64,000 nucleotides of DNA from Azolla caroliniana (lineage: Eukaryota; Plantae; Polypodiophyta), in contig JBHGNT010000007.1 in NCBI GenBank assembly GCA_043228905.1, forward strand, positions 17,794,001 to 17,858,000, in the 5' to 3' direction. Below are positions 11,804-23,700 of this stretch, one piece after another (within the stretch, counting starts at the first letter, position 1; every line of letters starts with the position of its first letter). The notes under the pieces were generated by a model. The model was not told the DNA's origin. It was given only the letters and a program-made list of their open reading frames with translations, and made no database searches. Position numbers and translations under genes: made by a program.

Positions 11804-14800
11804 TGTCGTGAAGATTTTCGTCCATAGGCGGAAACTAGGGTGGAATAGGCAAATCGGTGGTGTGCACCATGTGCACATGTATACTAGGAAATGGTGTATA
11901 GAAATAAGAGGGGGAATTTTATCCCACATTGTAAGGTCCCTCCCTCCTTGGGCTATAAAAGGAAGGGAGGGGTCACTTATGAAGGGGTTGCCTATTTTGA
12001 GGAAGAGAGGCATACCACTTAGGTCGAAGGTTTCCTATTTGGTTTTAGGGTTTCGGTTAGGGTTTTCTTCTTGGGTTTTCCTTTAGGGTTTTCTGATAGT
12101 CGTTTGGTGCGGCCATGGCGGCCACCATTGTAAAGCGTTTATGTTTCCGTAAGCTAACTTGTTGAGCATCTTGCCCCGTCTATTCTATGTTATTGTCTTA
12201 TTCTTTCTCACCTCCTCTTGAGCTAAGCTTCCATTTTGTGTCTTATTCTTTCTCCTCTACTCCCTAGTCCAAGACCCCCGTGGTCCTGCCCCTTCTACAC
12301 ACATGCGCGTAACAACGCGACATCTTTGGTGAACCCGACGTGAAGGGCGGCAAGGGAGCATGGAGATGGAAGAAGACTTCGACTTCAAGGAGATGATGGC
12401 AAAGATCGTGATGGAAGCCGGACGGAAGATGGTGAAGCGAGATGCGGCTCAACAAGTCGTCGAAAGGGTGGTCGATTGAGTCGGCTGGTTCAATGGGAAT
12501 GAGGTCCTAAAAATTTTGGGAGCCTACAAGGCCGATATGGCGAAAGGGGGCGTAGACGAGGCAATGCGGCTAGAGTATTTTCCTCGAGTGGCGGTCGTAT
12601 CGATGACCAAGGAGGTCAAGGAGCTACGAGAAGCTCATGAGTCGTGGGTGTCCTTTGAGGGAGCCCTATTGGAGGCGTACGGGTACACCGAACCGGAAGG
12701 AAGAGGTCGACATGAGTTCGATCGGTGGGTGTGCCGGCAACATGATGCGAGGCGGTTGGCCACAACACGGCCCGCGAGCGACGGAGAAGAGAGAACGGCG
12801 AGTGAGTACGCACTACCGCCGGAAGAGAGCTCAACGCAAAACGGTTTGGAGGAGCTCGACCTAGAGGTGCTAATACGGGAGGCATGCGAGCTTGTGAAGG
12901 CGAAAATCGGAACCGAAGAAGGGCTTATTATGGAGTCGGGCCGGAGGCGATCGAAGGATGCGGAGGAAGAAGCCTCCCTAAGCGTAGAAGACAGGGCCTA
13001 TACGGAAGTCGGAAGAGCGTACGACGGCGACATAGGAGAGGGTGCGGAGCAAGCGACCCTCTTGCCTTGCGGTGAAGGGACGGCCATGGAGGCTGGTAAC
13101 TACAGATTCGGGACATGGCGGCCAGAAACATCGAGTGGGGAGGAGACAAGCGGCGGTGCCACGACCTTACACACATCGGTCCTAGAGGCTCCGGCGGTTG
13201 GCCCGAGTGCTGGCGTGAGACCTAGAGCGACGGGCGGTGGCGGCGGCAAGGCGGGAAACCGAGACGTTGACATGGAAGAGACGGCGACAAGCGTAATCGA
13301 GGCTTGCGCGATCAGAGGTGGGGTGGCCGCAGACAACTATGTCCGGACGGAGGCGGCTACGGACACAACAAGCGGTGGTGCCGGGTCCTTACCCACACTG
13401 GTCATAGAGGCTCCGGCGGTCGGCCCGAGTGTCAGCGTGTCCTAGAGCGACGGGTGGTGGCGACGGCAAGGCGGGCGACTGAGACGAGGACAAGGACGAG
13501 GAGGTAGCAAGCATAACCGAGGCTTGCGTAACCGGGGACGAGATAGCCACGGACCACGGCGTCCGAACGAAGGTGGCTACAAACATGACATCGTCGAGTG
13601 ATGGTACCGAGACTTTTCCCGCACCTATTCTAGAGACTTCGACGGTCGGCCCCGAGAGCCCACGTGAGACCGGAGAGACGGAAGGTGGCGACGGCAAAGC
13701 GGACGATCGAAACGACGACGACGAAGGTCATAGCGGACGGAGGAGAGACTCCTCGACACCAGGGCCGGAGACTAACGGCGGTTGCATTCGAATGCCAACA
13801 TAAGACCGGAGAGAAGGGCAGTGGTTGTGAGGAGGCGTGGCTCGGAGCGAACACGTACGAAGATGAGGATGCGAGGCCCGGAACAGGCATGTACAAGAGG
13901 ACCGACAGAGAGGCCGAGAGCGGAAAAGAGGAGAGAGTCGGGAACCGACCCGACCGAAAGATGAACCGGTCGATAATCCGACACGATCGGAAGACGACGT
14001 GGAAGAAGATTGGAGCGGGGTCCGGTCAACCGGGCCCGAACCGAAGAAGAGCCGGCAAGGCCGGATTTGTTTGGACAAACATGTACCGGCCGGTTACGAT
14101 TACGGAAGGGAGCCGACCAAACCGGAACTCGATCGGCCGAGACCGATCCGGGCGAAGGCTAAGTTGGCATGATTGGAGGTCGAGGTGAATGGGCCACAAC
14201 ACCCGGTGGGAGCCGGTGAGCGCGAGAAGGAAGCTAACCGGGCACGGTGATTACGGCTTGGCGGAAGACCGAGAGCAAGAGGAACCCTCCACACCTATTC
14301 TTGAGACTTCGGCGGTTGCGGATCAACATAAGACCGAAGAGACAGCGGGTGGCGGCGAGGAGTCAGAGACCGGAACGGACGAGGCTACTGGAACGGGTAC
14401 CCGGTGCGTGAAGACGGACGAGCACAGCCCAGACGGCAAGCCGGAGTCGGAAGGGGCTACGGCAACAAAAGACGAAGAGATCGACGCAGAGGTCGGGTCT
14501 ACAGCGGATGAGGCGCGTAATACGAAGTATGCACTACGACGTAAAACGGAGCATGCAGTACGGCCGGCAAAGGGCCAAGAAGTAAGCATGCACCCGGAAG
14601 AGCGGCAATGAGTGACCGACAACGACGGACCGGTCGAGCCTTTGAGAGGCAAGCATGCGGCGAGAGACGAAGCCGTAAGGTGCCGGGATTGGCGGATGGG
14701 TGGCGAGAGCGAAGGATGGTGCGCGGAGAACAACGGGGTACACACTGGGAAGAGAAAACGCGGCGGCTTCCCAGAGGGCATGCAAGGCCAAGCGGGCCAA

Positions 14801-16536
14801 GAGAGCGCAAGTCGAGGCGAGGCGGTAACGAGAGCCTCGAGGGACACTGACACGGAAGTCAGGATGACGGTACGCTCTACGGCGAGAGAGTACGACGGGC
14901 AAAGGAGAGGCAAGGAACGCGGAATGGGGTCGCCTAAGGGCCAAAGAATGAGCGCATATTCAGGGGACAACATTGGTGCACGAGAAGAGCCTATGGAAGG
15001 CAAGCGCGGAGTAGGAAGAGTCGACACGCCGAGGTGTTCGGCATGTAGAGACGATAAAACCAAAGGAGGAACATACGTGCCATGAAAAGGGCGGAATCCA
15101 GAGTGCGATCGGAGAGATCGGGAGCACACCCGGAGGACATACGAGCCTTTGCGAGGAATGCACGCAGCGAGAGATAGAGCGGTGAGGTGCCGGTATCGGC
15201 GAATGATCGGCGAGCATGGAAGGCTATGTCTTGAGAACTGGAGGAGGTTTGTGGAGAGCAACGGGCTACGCGCTGGGAAGAGGAAGCGCAACGTCCCGGA
15301 AGGCATGCGAGGCCAAGCGGGCCAAGAGGACGAGAGTCGGGATGAAGCGGTAACGGGAGTCGCGAAGGACACAAGCATGGTGGTCAGGATGACGGTATGC
15401 TCTACGACGAGAGAGCATGGCGAGCAAAGGAGAAGCGAGGAGCGCGTAATGAGGTTGCCGAGGGACCGAAGAACGAGCGCATGTTCAGGAGACAACAAGG
15501 GCACACGGAAAGAGCCTACGGAAGGTGAGTGCGGAATGGAGGGAATCGGCACGAGGTGTTCGAGACGAAGAGAGGATCGAGCCGGAGATAGAACACAAGC
15601 GGTACGCGAGGGGTGGAATCCGACGAGCAAACGGGGTGACCGAGGGCCTAATCGGAGGACCTACGTGGCGGACAAAGAAAGAGTGACCGGATCGGCAATG
15701 GCGTTCGGGAGGACCGACCGGGGAGGAAGGCGCGTGCGGTGGATATGGCGGTTCGGATGGAGTCTATGTTTCGGGGACACACGGTGGACGTGGTGGATCG
15801 GTTGGAGCCGTCGACTCGAGGACGTGCGATGGATACGGTGGAACAGGATGCTACGACGGTTCATGTGGAAGGGACGGGCATGCTCGAAATGGAAAACGAA
15901 CCCGAGCAAGGCCAACGAGGACACGACGGACCTCTGTTTTATCACCATGGCCGAAAAATCTCACCTCTTCTCCTTTCTTGGCACATACCGGTGGATGTGC
16001 GGTTTCGTGGGGGCGGATGTCGTGAAGATTTTCGTCCATAGGCGGAAACTAGGGTGGAATAGGCAAATCGGTGGTGTGCACCATGTGCACATGTATACTA
16101 GGAAATGGTGTATAGAAATAAGAGGGGGAATTTTATCCCACATTGTAAGGTCCCTCCCTCCTTGGGCTATAAAAGGAAGGGAGGGGTCACTTATGAAGGG
16201 GTTGCCTATTTTGAGGAAGAGAGGCATACCACTTAGGTCGAAGGTTTCCTATTTGGTTTTAGGGTTTCGGTTAGGGTTTTCTTCTTGGGTTTTCCTTTAG
16301 GGTTTTCTGATAGTCGTTTGGTGCGGCCATGGCGGCCACCATTGTAAAGCGTTTATGTTTCCGTAAGCTAACTTGTTGAGCATCTTGCCCCGTCTATTCT
16401 ATGTTATTGTCTTATTCTTTCTCACCTCCTCTTGAGCTAAGCTTCCATTTTGTGTCTTATTCTTTCTCCTCTACTCCCTAGTCCAAGACCCCCGTGGTCC
16501 TGCCCCTTCCACACGCACGTGCGTAACAACGCGACA
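11804..16536 (+). mobile_element. Non-autonomous Ty3/gypsy LTR element (Ylt1-like group); LTRs 11804-12322 and 16018-16536; gag remnant only, no pol
   Basis: 519-bp near-identical LTRs (TGTCGTGAAG..GCGACA). PBS TGGTGAACCCGACGTGAA at 12327-12344; PPT-like GTGGGGGCGGA before the 3' LTR. A gag-like stretch at ~12470-12730 (LEYFPRVAVVSMTKEVKELREAHESWVSFEGALLEAYG) is homologous to the gag at 40027-42153. The rest is GC-rich tandem repeats. Confidence 0.9.
12327..12344 (+). promoter_or_regulatory. Primer-binding site complementary to the 3' 18 nt of cytosolic tRNA-Trp
   Basis: Reverse complement TTCACGTCGGGTTCACCA matches the plant tRNA-Trp(CCA) 3' end as recalled; the identical PBS is at 42176-42193 (-). 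Confidence 0.8.
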
Positions 16537-19332
16537 TCTTTGGTGAACCCTAGTTGAACATTCTACCAAACTTGGGCTAGAGTTTCCTCCACACACATGT
16601 TAAACCACACCATCCTCCTTCTATATATTGCCAAACACTGGGTTTGTCTGCATGTTCTACCTTTAACTCCTCACATATCACATTGAATGCGGATTCAATA
16701 ATGCATTGCATCAATTGGCATATTCGTTGATAAATATGGCTTCTCTGAGTTGCACTTACTTTTGGCAACAAGTTGTCTACCCATGACTTTTTGGCGTGAA
16801 ACTGACACAACAAAAGTTGACAATGTCTTTGCAATCATTGCCCATTTACAACAATCCAAGATTGACGGTCTGTTGCAACCACATTAGTTATGGCATTATA
16901 TGATGTCCAACATTTATCAATCACTATTGCATTTGGCCTCACCGTGGGCATCCTTGCGAATATGACTCTCAAACAAGTTTCTAATGCAACTTGCTCATGT
17001 TTTGACCCCTTATTAGAACTACAAAGCATGTACCATAATGGGATCCCAATTTCCATGGCGTTAGGGGTAACTGTTGCATATAATGGTTGCCCGAATTGGT
17101 TTGTTTTAAATGTCGAGTCAATTGCCCAAGAGTTGTTTAGGGTCAACCACTCACACATTTCCAACATCCGTTGATCTTAAAGTATCAAGATAAATGGTTG
17201 TTTGGCGGGAGATCCTTGTTCACCAGCCAGGAAGGGTTGAACATGAGCCACTTTCCCAAGATCTCAAAGTGCACAGGCATCTTGCATCATCAAAGCCCAA
17301 TCAACTTTAGTCATGGCACTCCCGAATTTAAACCTATTTGCCATGTTATGGGCCTCCTTTGGTATCATAAAGAATTGATAGCTAACAAGCTCTAATGAAC
17401 TAGCCTTGGACTTATGATATGCTTCCTTACGCATGCTCATTCGTGCCACATGCCTTGCACACCCAACATCAAATAGGTCATCTTCGCAACAACTTATGAC
17501 ATTGGGGTGTACTGGCAAATGGTACACATCCAACCCACTACATGGTACATGACCATTATGAGGTCCATATATTGAAATGGTAAGTGTCTCATTGTCAACA
17601 CCGTCATTCATTCTAACGTCCACATGGAATGTGCACCAACATCGGGGTGTGCACCTGCGTCGTCGAGTGGAATTAGATGCAAGTCGAGATGTCCCAGCAC
17701 GATGGCAACTATACCTAGTCACGCGCATACCCTTCTTGACTCCTTTCCTTAAACGTGTGTGGTACTTGGTTTGCAAATCTGTGAATGCATCATCTAATTG
17801 GTGGGTTTCTACCTTGATCACTTCTATGGGTAGGGTCTTGTTATATTTGTCCATGCTTGATCCCAAACCTTCTATCGGTCTGACCTTCAATACCATTTGG
17901 AAACCACAACTTGTAATGAGTGCTTTTACGCACTCCGATGGGATGCCATAATCACGTACATCAGTCGCATAAACTAGCTTAAACTCTTTAAGAGTCTTTG
18001 AAAACGTGTGGTGGGATGTGTCACCATATGACGCTCATACTACTTCCCTCCATTTCTTGATGTATAATACTTGAAGATTAGGTGATACTTTAAGGTAAAT
18101 TGCACTCTCATTCCCGAGTATGAGACGACTCTTCATGCGCTTCCATGCATGAAGTGAAAGAGGTGCTCCCCTCGCGACATCACGTAATGCTTCCAATGTT
18201 ACCTTAACTTGTCCCAATAAATCTTTAACCATCAAATTATGCATACCTCTTGAAAATGCAAAATACCTAGGGGAACAATACATGAAGGGATCGACCGCCT
18301 CATCCTCGTGATCGGAATTTGATGACTGAAAAGGAATCTCCAATTCATCCTTAGATACAAATGATGCATTGGACGACCATGACGTTGTCGCGGAAATCCA
18401 CGCGTGCTTGTCGGATAGGATGGGACCACAGGGGTCTTGGACTAGGGATTAAGAGGAGGGAGAGAAGCTTGGGAGTTCAATCGAGAAGGAAGAGAAAGGT
18501 TAAGATTCAAGAGATTAAGATTCAAGAGAATAAGATCTAAACAAGACAAGATACATTATGGAAAGCACCACACCAATTACAGCCGTGGCCGTGTAGGTCG
18601 AATGTAAACCCTCTAGATGAAACCCTAAGCGGATAGGGGAAAAGAAGAAGAAGAAGAAGATGATGAAGATGAAGAAGAAGAAGATGAAGATGAAGACGAA
18701 GAAGAAGAAGATGAAGATGAAGAGGAAGAAGATGAAGATGAAGAAGAAGAAGAAGAAGAAGAAGAAGAAGAATGAAACCCCTAAAACAAGATCCTAAAAC
18801 CCAAAATTCTGAAACCCTAATGGCAACCCAAAGAAACCCCAAAAGTGGAAGCCCCTCCTCACTCAAAATAGGTAACCCCTTCACAAGAGACCCCTCACTC
18901 CCTTTTATATAGTAGTAAGGGGTGAGGCACATTACAAAAGGAGAGGTTAAATCCCCTTCTTTCAATGGGGAATATTTTTCCTTGATCTTAAATCAGTGGG
19001 CCTTTAACTCTCTCCCCTCTCACATTCACACTCAATGCCCACTGTCATAACTAGACTCGAACCCATAACCTTTTGTTACACGGGTCGAGACTTTACCATT
19101 AGGTTATAAATTGTAATTTGAAGGATATTATTTTCATTTAGGTTTTATTGGGAAATTGATGTATATTCCAGATTTCTCTGGAACATTCTAGAAACTTCAG
19201 GAGTATTCCTGAAGACACTATAAAAGGAGGCGCAAGGCATTAGTTCGAACCAAATCGGTTCAACGCCAGTCTTAAGCCTTCTAACTACTGTTGTATATCT
19301 TCCTTCATATAATACATATACCTTTCGCATCA

Positions 19333-19390
<58 letters not shown>

Positions 19391-19626
19391 ACCCATTCCT
19401 TCTCTCAAAGTTCGACACCTCTCATAGTACTAATCCTTCTCTGTCTTAGTACTATTCCCCGACAATAGTACTAATCCTTCTTTTAGTACTAATTCCTTCT
19501 CTGCCTTAATAGAGTTCCTGACAGTTTGAACCGATTTTCCTCGGTGCCTGTCTGGTCTTTTCTCTCCCTCTTCCTTCTGTCTCCCTCCTTTCCTATTAGT
19601 CTCTTATTTTCCTTTTCCTTCATCCC

Positions 19627-20796
19627 ATGGCCACCGTTAGCGCTGAAGAGTATCAATCCGTTTTCTCGGAATTTCAATGCTTGAAAGAGAAGTTTCATGC
19701 TTTGGAACAAGAAAATCAACGCTTGTTGGGGGATCTTCAGCAAATTTCCTTAGAAAAGCAGCAAACGCAACAACAGCATGGGGAACTTGCGTTACGCGTG
19801 CAACAACTCGAAGCAACCATCGTAGCAATGCAACAACAAGGGCACGGAGCACAAGGGATTCATAAAGAACCCAAGATTGGCCTTCCCACGAAGTTTGATG
19901 GAACGCGATCGCAGTTTAGAGGGTTTCTTAACCAGGTACGGTTAGTTATTCAAATGCATCCGTCCCGATATCCCACCGATGCATCACGAGTGGGTTTAGT
20001 AGGCACGTTGTTAAATGGCTCAGCATTAGCATGGTTCGCTCCGCTACTAGAAAAGGAATCTCCAGTACTAAATAATTTTGAAGAATTCATAAATGAGTTT
20101 AAAGCATGTTTTGGAGATACTGACAGCATAAGGACTGCAATCAACAAAATCCGGCGATTACGCCAAGGTGACCGTCCAGCCTCCGCATATGCTGCAGATT
20201 TCCGCCTACTCGCCGCCGATATCCCCTGGGATGATCAAGCATTGATGGAGCAGTTCCGCTATGGTCTACGCAACGATGTCAAGGATTTACTCTTGACTTT
20301 CCCTGAAGAGCCAAAATCATTAACAGAAGCAATCAGTCGAGCGGTCAGATGTGACAACCGCCTCTTCGAGCGACGTTCGGAACGACAATTTCAGATGCCG
20401 AGGGCAAGATCCGAGCCTACCTATGCCTCAGTGGTAGCAAAACCTTTTCAAAGGGAGTCACATAATGCGCCTCCAGTAAGTACTCCAACTCCAATGGAAA
20501 TTGACACTACACGTCGTCGTGGGCCGCTATCGGAGGAGGAAAAGCAATGACGCCGAACAAACCGATTATGCCTTTATTGCGGTGGACCAGGGCATATCGC
20601 GATAAACTGTCCCCATAGACCAAGAAGGCAGGTAAACCAAGTCGTTGTTAGTTCTGACTATACTAAACCCGAGTCTATTTCAGTAGGAATCTCTGATAGT
20701 CCTCATAGTCATAATAGTCCTAATAGTACTAATAGTCCGAATCTCGCAAACAAATTTGATGTCCTTAGCCAATTAGAAGAAGAGTTAAACGACTAA
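19627..20796 (+). CDS. gag: Chromovirus Gag (coiled coil, capsid, CCHC knuckle) with one internal TGA at 20548-20550
   Basis: EPKIGLPTKFDGTRSQFRGF capsid motif and PTPMEID; after the TGA the frame continues RRTNRLCLYCGGPGHIAINCP to TAA at 20794-20796. Confidence 0.88.
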
Positions 20797-23700
20797 GTCC
20801 AGCCAAAATAGGAGCCGTTTGGTTGGACAGCCCTAGATCTGTGCAGCCCATTAGTGGTTCCATTCCCTCTAAGCAAGTTAGTGATGTGTTCGTAGCCCAA
20901 GTAGCAGTTAGTACTAAAAGTACCCCTCCAGTACATACCTTAGCCCTTCTAGATTCCGGAGCTAATTCTTGCTTCATGGATAGGAATTTTGCCCGAGCTC
21001 ATCAGATATCTCTCAGAAAGCTCCCATGTCCAGCCTCAGTAGTAGTCATTGATGGTCGTCCCATTGCTTCTGGTAATATCATAGAAGAGTCGGAACCCGT
21101 TAATATTGTCCTAGATAACTTAACATGTGTAGTATCATTTAATATTATTAGTATTCCAGAACATCCCATAGTTTTAGGATTACCATGGTTCGAGTTACAT
21201 AACCCAGACATAGATTGGAGGACAAGGGAAATCCGGTTGCGACAAACCCAAGGATCTACCCAGAAGGTTGCAACCATTTCGCTACGTCAGTTGCGTGAGG
21301 AAGGGCGCAAGGAGGAAATGTTTCTCTTCGCAATATCAGTACAACCCTCCAGTACCACCAAAGAGGAGTCCACCGTTCAACTTCCCGAGAAGTATCGTCA
21401 GTATGCTGATGTGTTCGATAAAGTACAAGCCAACACACTTCCTCATCATCGGCCGTACGATTGCGCCATCGACTTACAACCGGGAAAAGAGCCGCCATGG
21501 GGGCCGATCTACAATTTGTCACCAACCGAGCTAGAAGTCCTTCGAGCCTATATAGAGGAGAATTTGGAGAACGGTTTCATTCGGCATTCGAAATCTCCAG
21601 CCGGCGCACCCATTTTCTTCGTCAAGAAAAAAGATGGCTCGCTTCGACTCGTTGTAGATTACCGTGGCTTGAATAAGGTCACAGTAAGAAATAGGTATGC
21701 TCTTCCCCTTATCTCAAGTCTTTTAGAACGGATCAACGGTGCCAGGTTCTTCACGAAGATCGACTTACGAGGAGCCTATAACCTCGTACGGATCCGACCA
21801 GGAGATGAATGGAAGACCGCGTTTCGCACCAGATATGGGCACTTCGAGTATACGGTCATGCCGTTCGGACTCACTAATGCGCCGGCAGTCTTCCAGCACA
21901 TGGCGAATGATATATTTCGAGATCTCTTGGATGATTTTTTGATCATCTACTTGGATGATCTACTGGTTTATTCAAAGACCCAAGAAGAACATGATTCTCA
22001 TGTACTATTAGTACTAAAACGACTTCGAGAACATGGTCTGTATGCAAAGTTAGAGAAATGTAGTTTCGGGTGCAACCAAGTGGAGTTTCTCGGCTATGTC
22101 ATCTCCTCAGAAGGCATATCTATGGACCCAGCCAAGGTCAAAACGGTGATAGAATGGCACACTCCGCGTTCGGTGCGGGATGTGCAATGCTTCCTAGGCT
22201 TTGCAAATTTTTACCGGAAGTTCATACAAAATTACTCAAAAATTGTGCTGCCTCTCACACAGCTCACCAGGAAGGGACAATCATTCCTTTGGTCTAAAGA
22301 GACGGACATGGCTTTCGAGAGTCTTAAGAAGGCGTTTACATCAGCTCCAATTTTAGGTCATGTGGATCCGGAAAAACCATTCATTATCGAAGCTGACGCA
22401 TCGGATTTCGCATTGGGGAGCATTCTGTCACAACAGGGTAACGACGAGAAGCTACATCCTGTGGCTTTCCACTCCCGTAAGTTTGACGCCGCCGAAATCA
22501 ACTACGAAATTCATGATAAAGAGCTATTAGCAATAGTTGATTCTTTTATGCAATGGAGGCATTTCCTGGAGGGATCTCCTCATCAGGTCACTGTATTCAG
22601 TGACCACAAGAACCTTGCCTACTTTCAAGATGCTCGTGTACTGAATCGACGTCAAGCTCGGTGGGCCCACTTCCTCACACGCTTCGACTTCAAAATTACA
22701 TATCGTCCGGGGAAGCACCAAGGGAAGGCAGATGCATTATCACGGCGTTCGTATCTAACACCACGTCCCGGTGAGCCAGCTTTCGATAACCAGAAGCAAG
22801 TAATCTTGGGTCTAGCACGACTGCAAGCAGCACAGGTCTTTGACATGCCCGTGGATTCCGACATTACCAATACTATACGTGAGGACTTGAAGACTGACGC
22901 TTTCGCCCAAGCTATACTAGCACAAATTGACCCCTCTCGAGCGTCATGTTCACAATCACAATCACCAGGTACGGATTATCGGCAATTCAAATACTGTGAT
23001 GGATTACTCTTCTTTAAAGAACTTTTGTATGTTCCTAATGGTTCTTGCCGCCTTCGAGTAGTACAAAACTGCCATGACACATATACAGCAGGACATTTTG
23101 GTAGTACTAAAACATTAGATTTAGTACAACGATCATTCTGGTGGCCCCGTATGCGACAATTTGTCGAAGATTTTGTTCGGACTTGCGATACATGCTGCAG
23201 AGCGAAAATGCCAAGACATCATCCATATGGTTTATTAGAACCATTACCAATTCCAAGCAAGCCATGGCAATCCATTGCTCTTGACTTCATTACAGATCTT
23301 CCAGTCTCTAAGGGATTCAGTGCGATTCTCACAGTGGTGGATCGATATACAAAGATGGCTCATTTCTTACCATGTACTAAAGAAATATCTAGTGAAGACA
23401 CCGCCGCAATTGTCATGCGGGAAGTATGTCGGCATCATGGACTCCCTGATAATATCATCAGCGATCGTGGACCTCAGTTTGTGTCAAAATTCTGGAAGCA
23501 CCTTTTTAAAATGCTGAAGGTCACTTGTCACCTCTCCTCCGGCTACCACCCACAAACCGACGGTCAAGCTGAACGAACAAATCAAACACTGGAGCAGTAT
23601 CTGCGGTGCTTTCTCAACTATCATCAGAATGACTGGGCAGATATTCTTCAGTTCGCCGAATTTGCCTATAATAACGCTATCCACGCATCGACTAAAGTCA

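Noticed and set aside
12740-15960. Long overlapping ORFs (309, 435 and 383 aa) as novel genes or env
   Set aside because: GC-rich tandem repeats (~230-bp and ~530-bp units) are open in several frames on both strands, with no domain or transmembrane signature; treated as filler of the non-autonomous element.
19043-19115. Functional tRNA gene on the minus strand
   Set aside because: Acceptor and anticodon stems do not pair; only the promoter-box layout is retained (reported as a finding).
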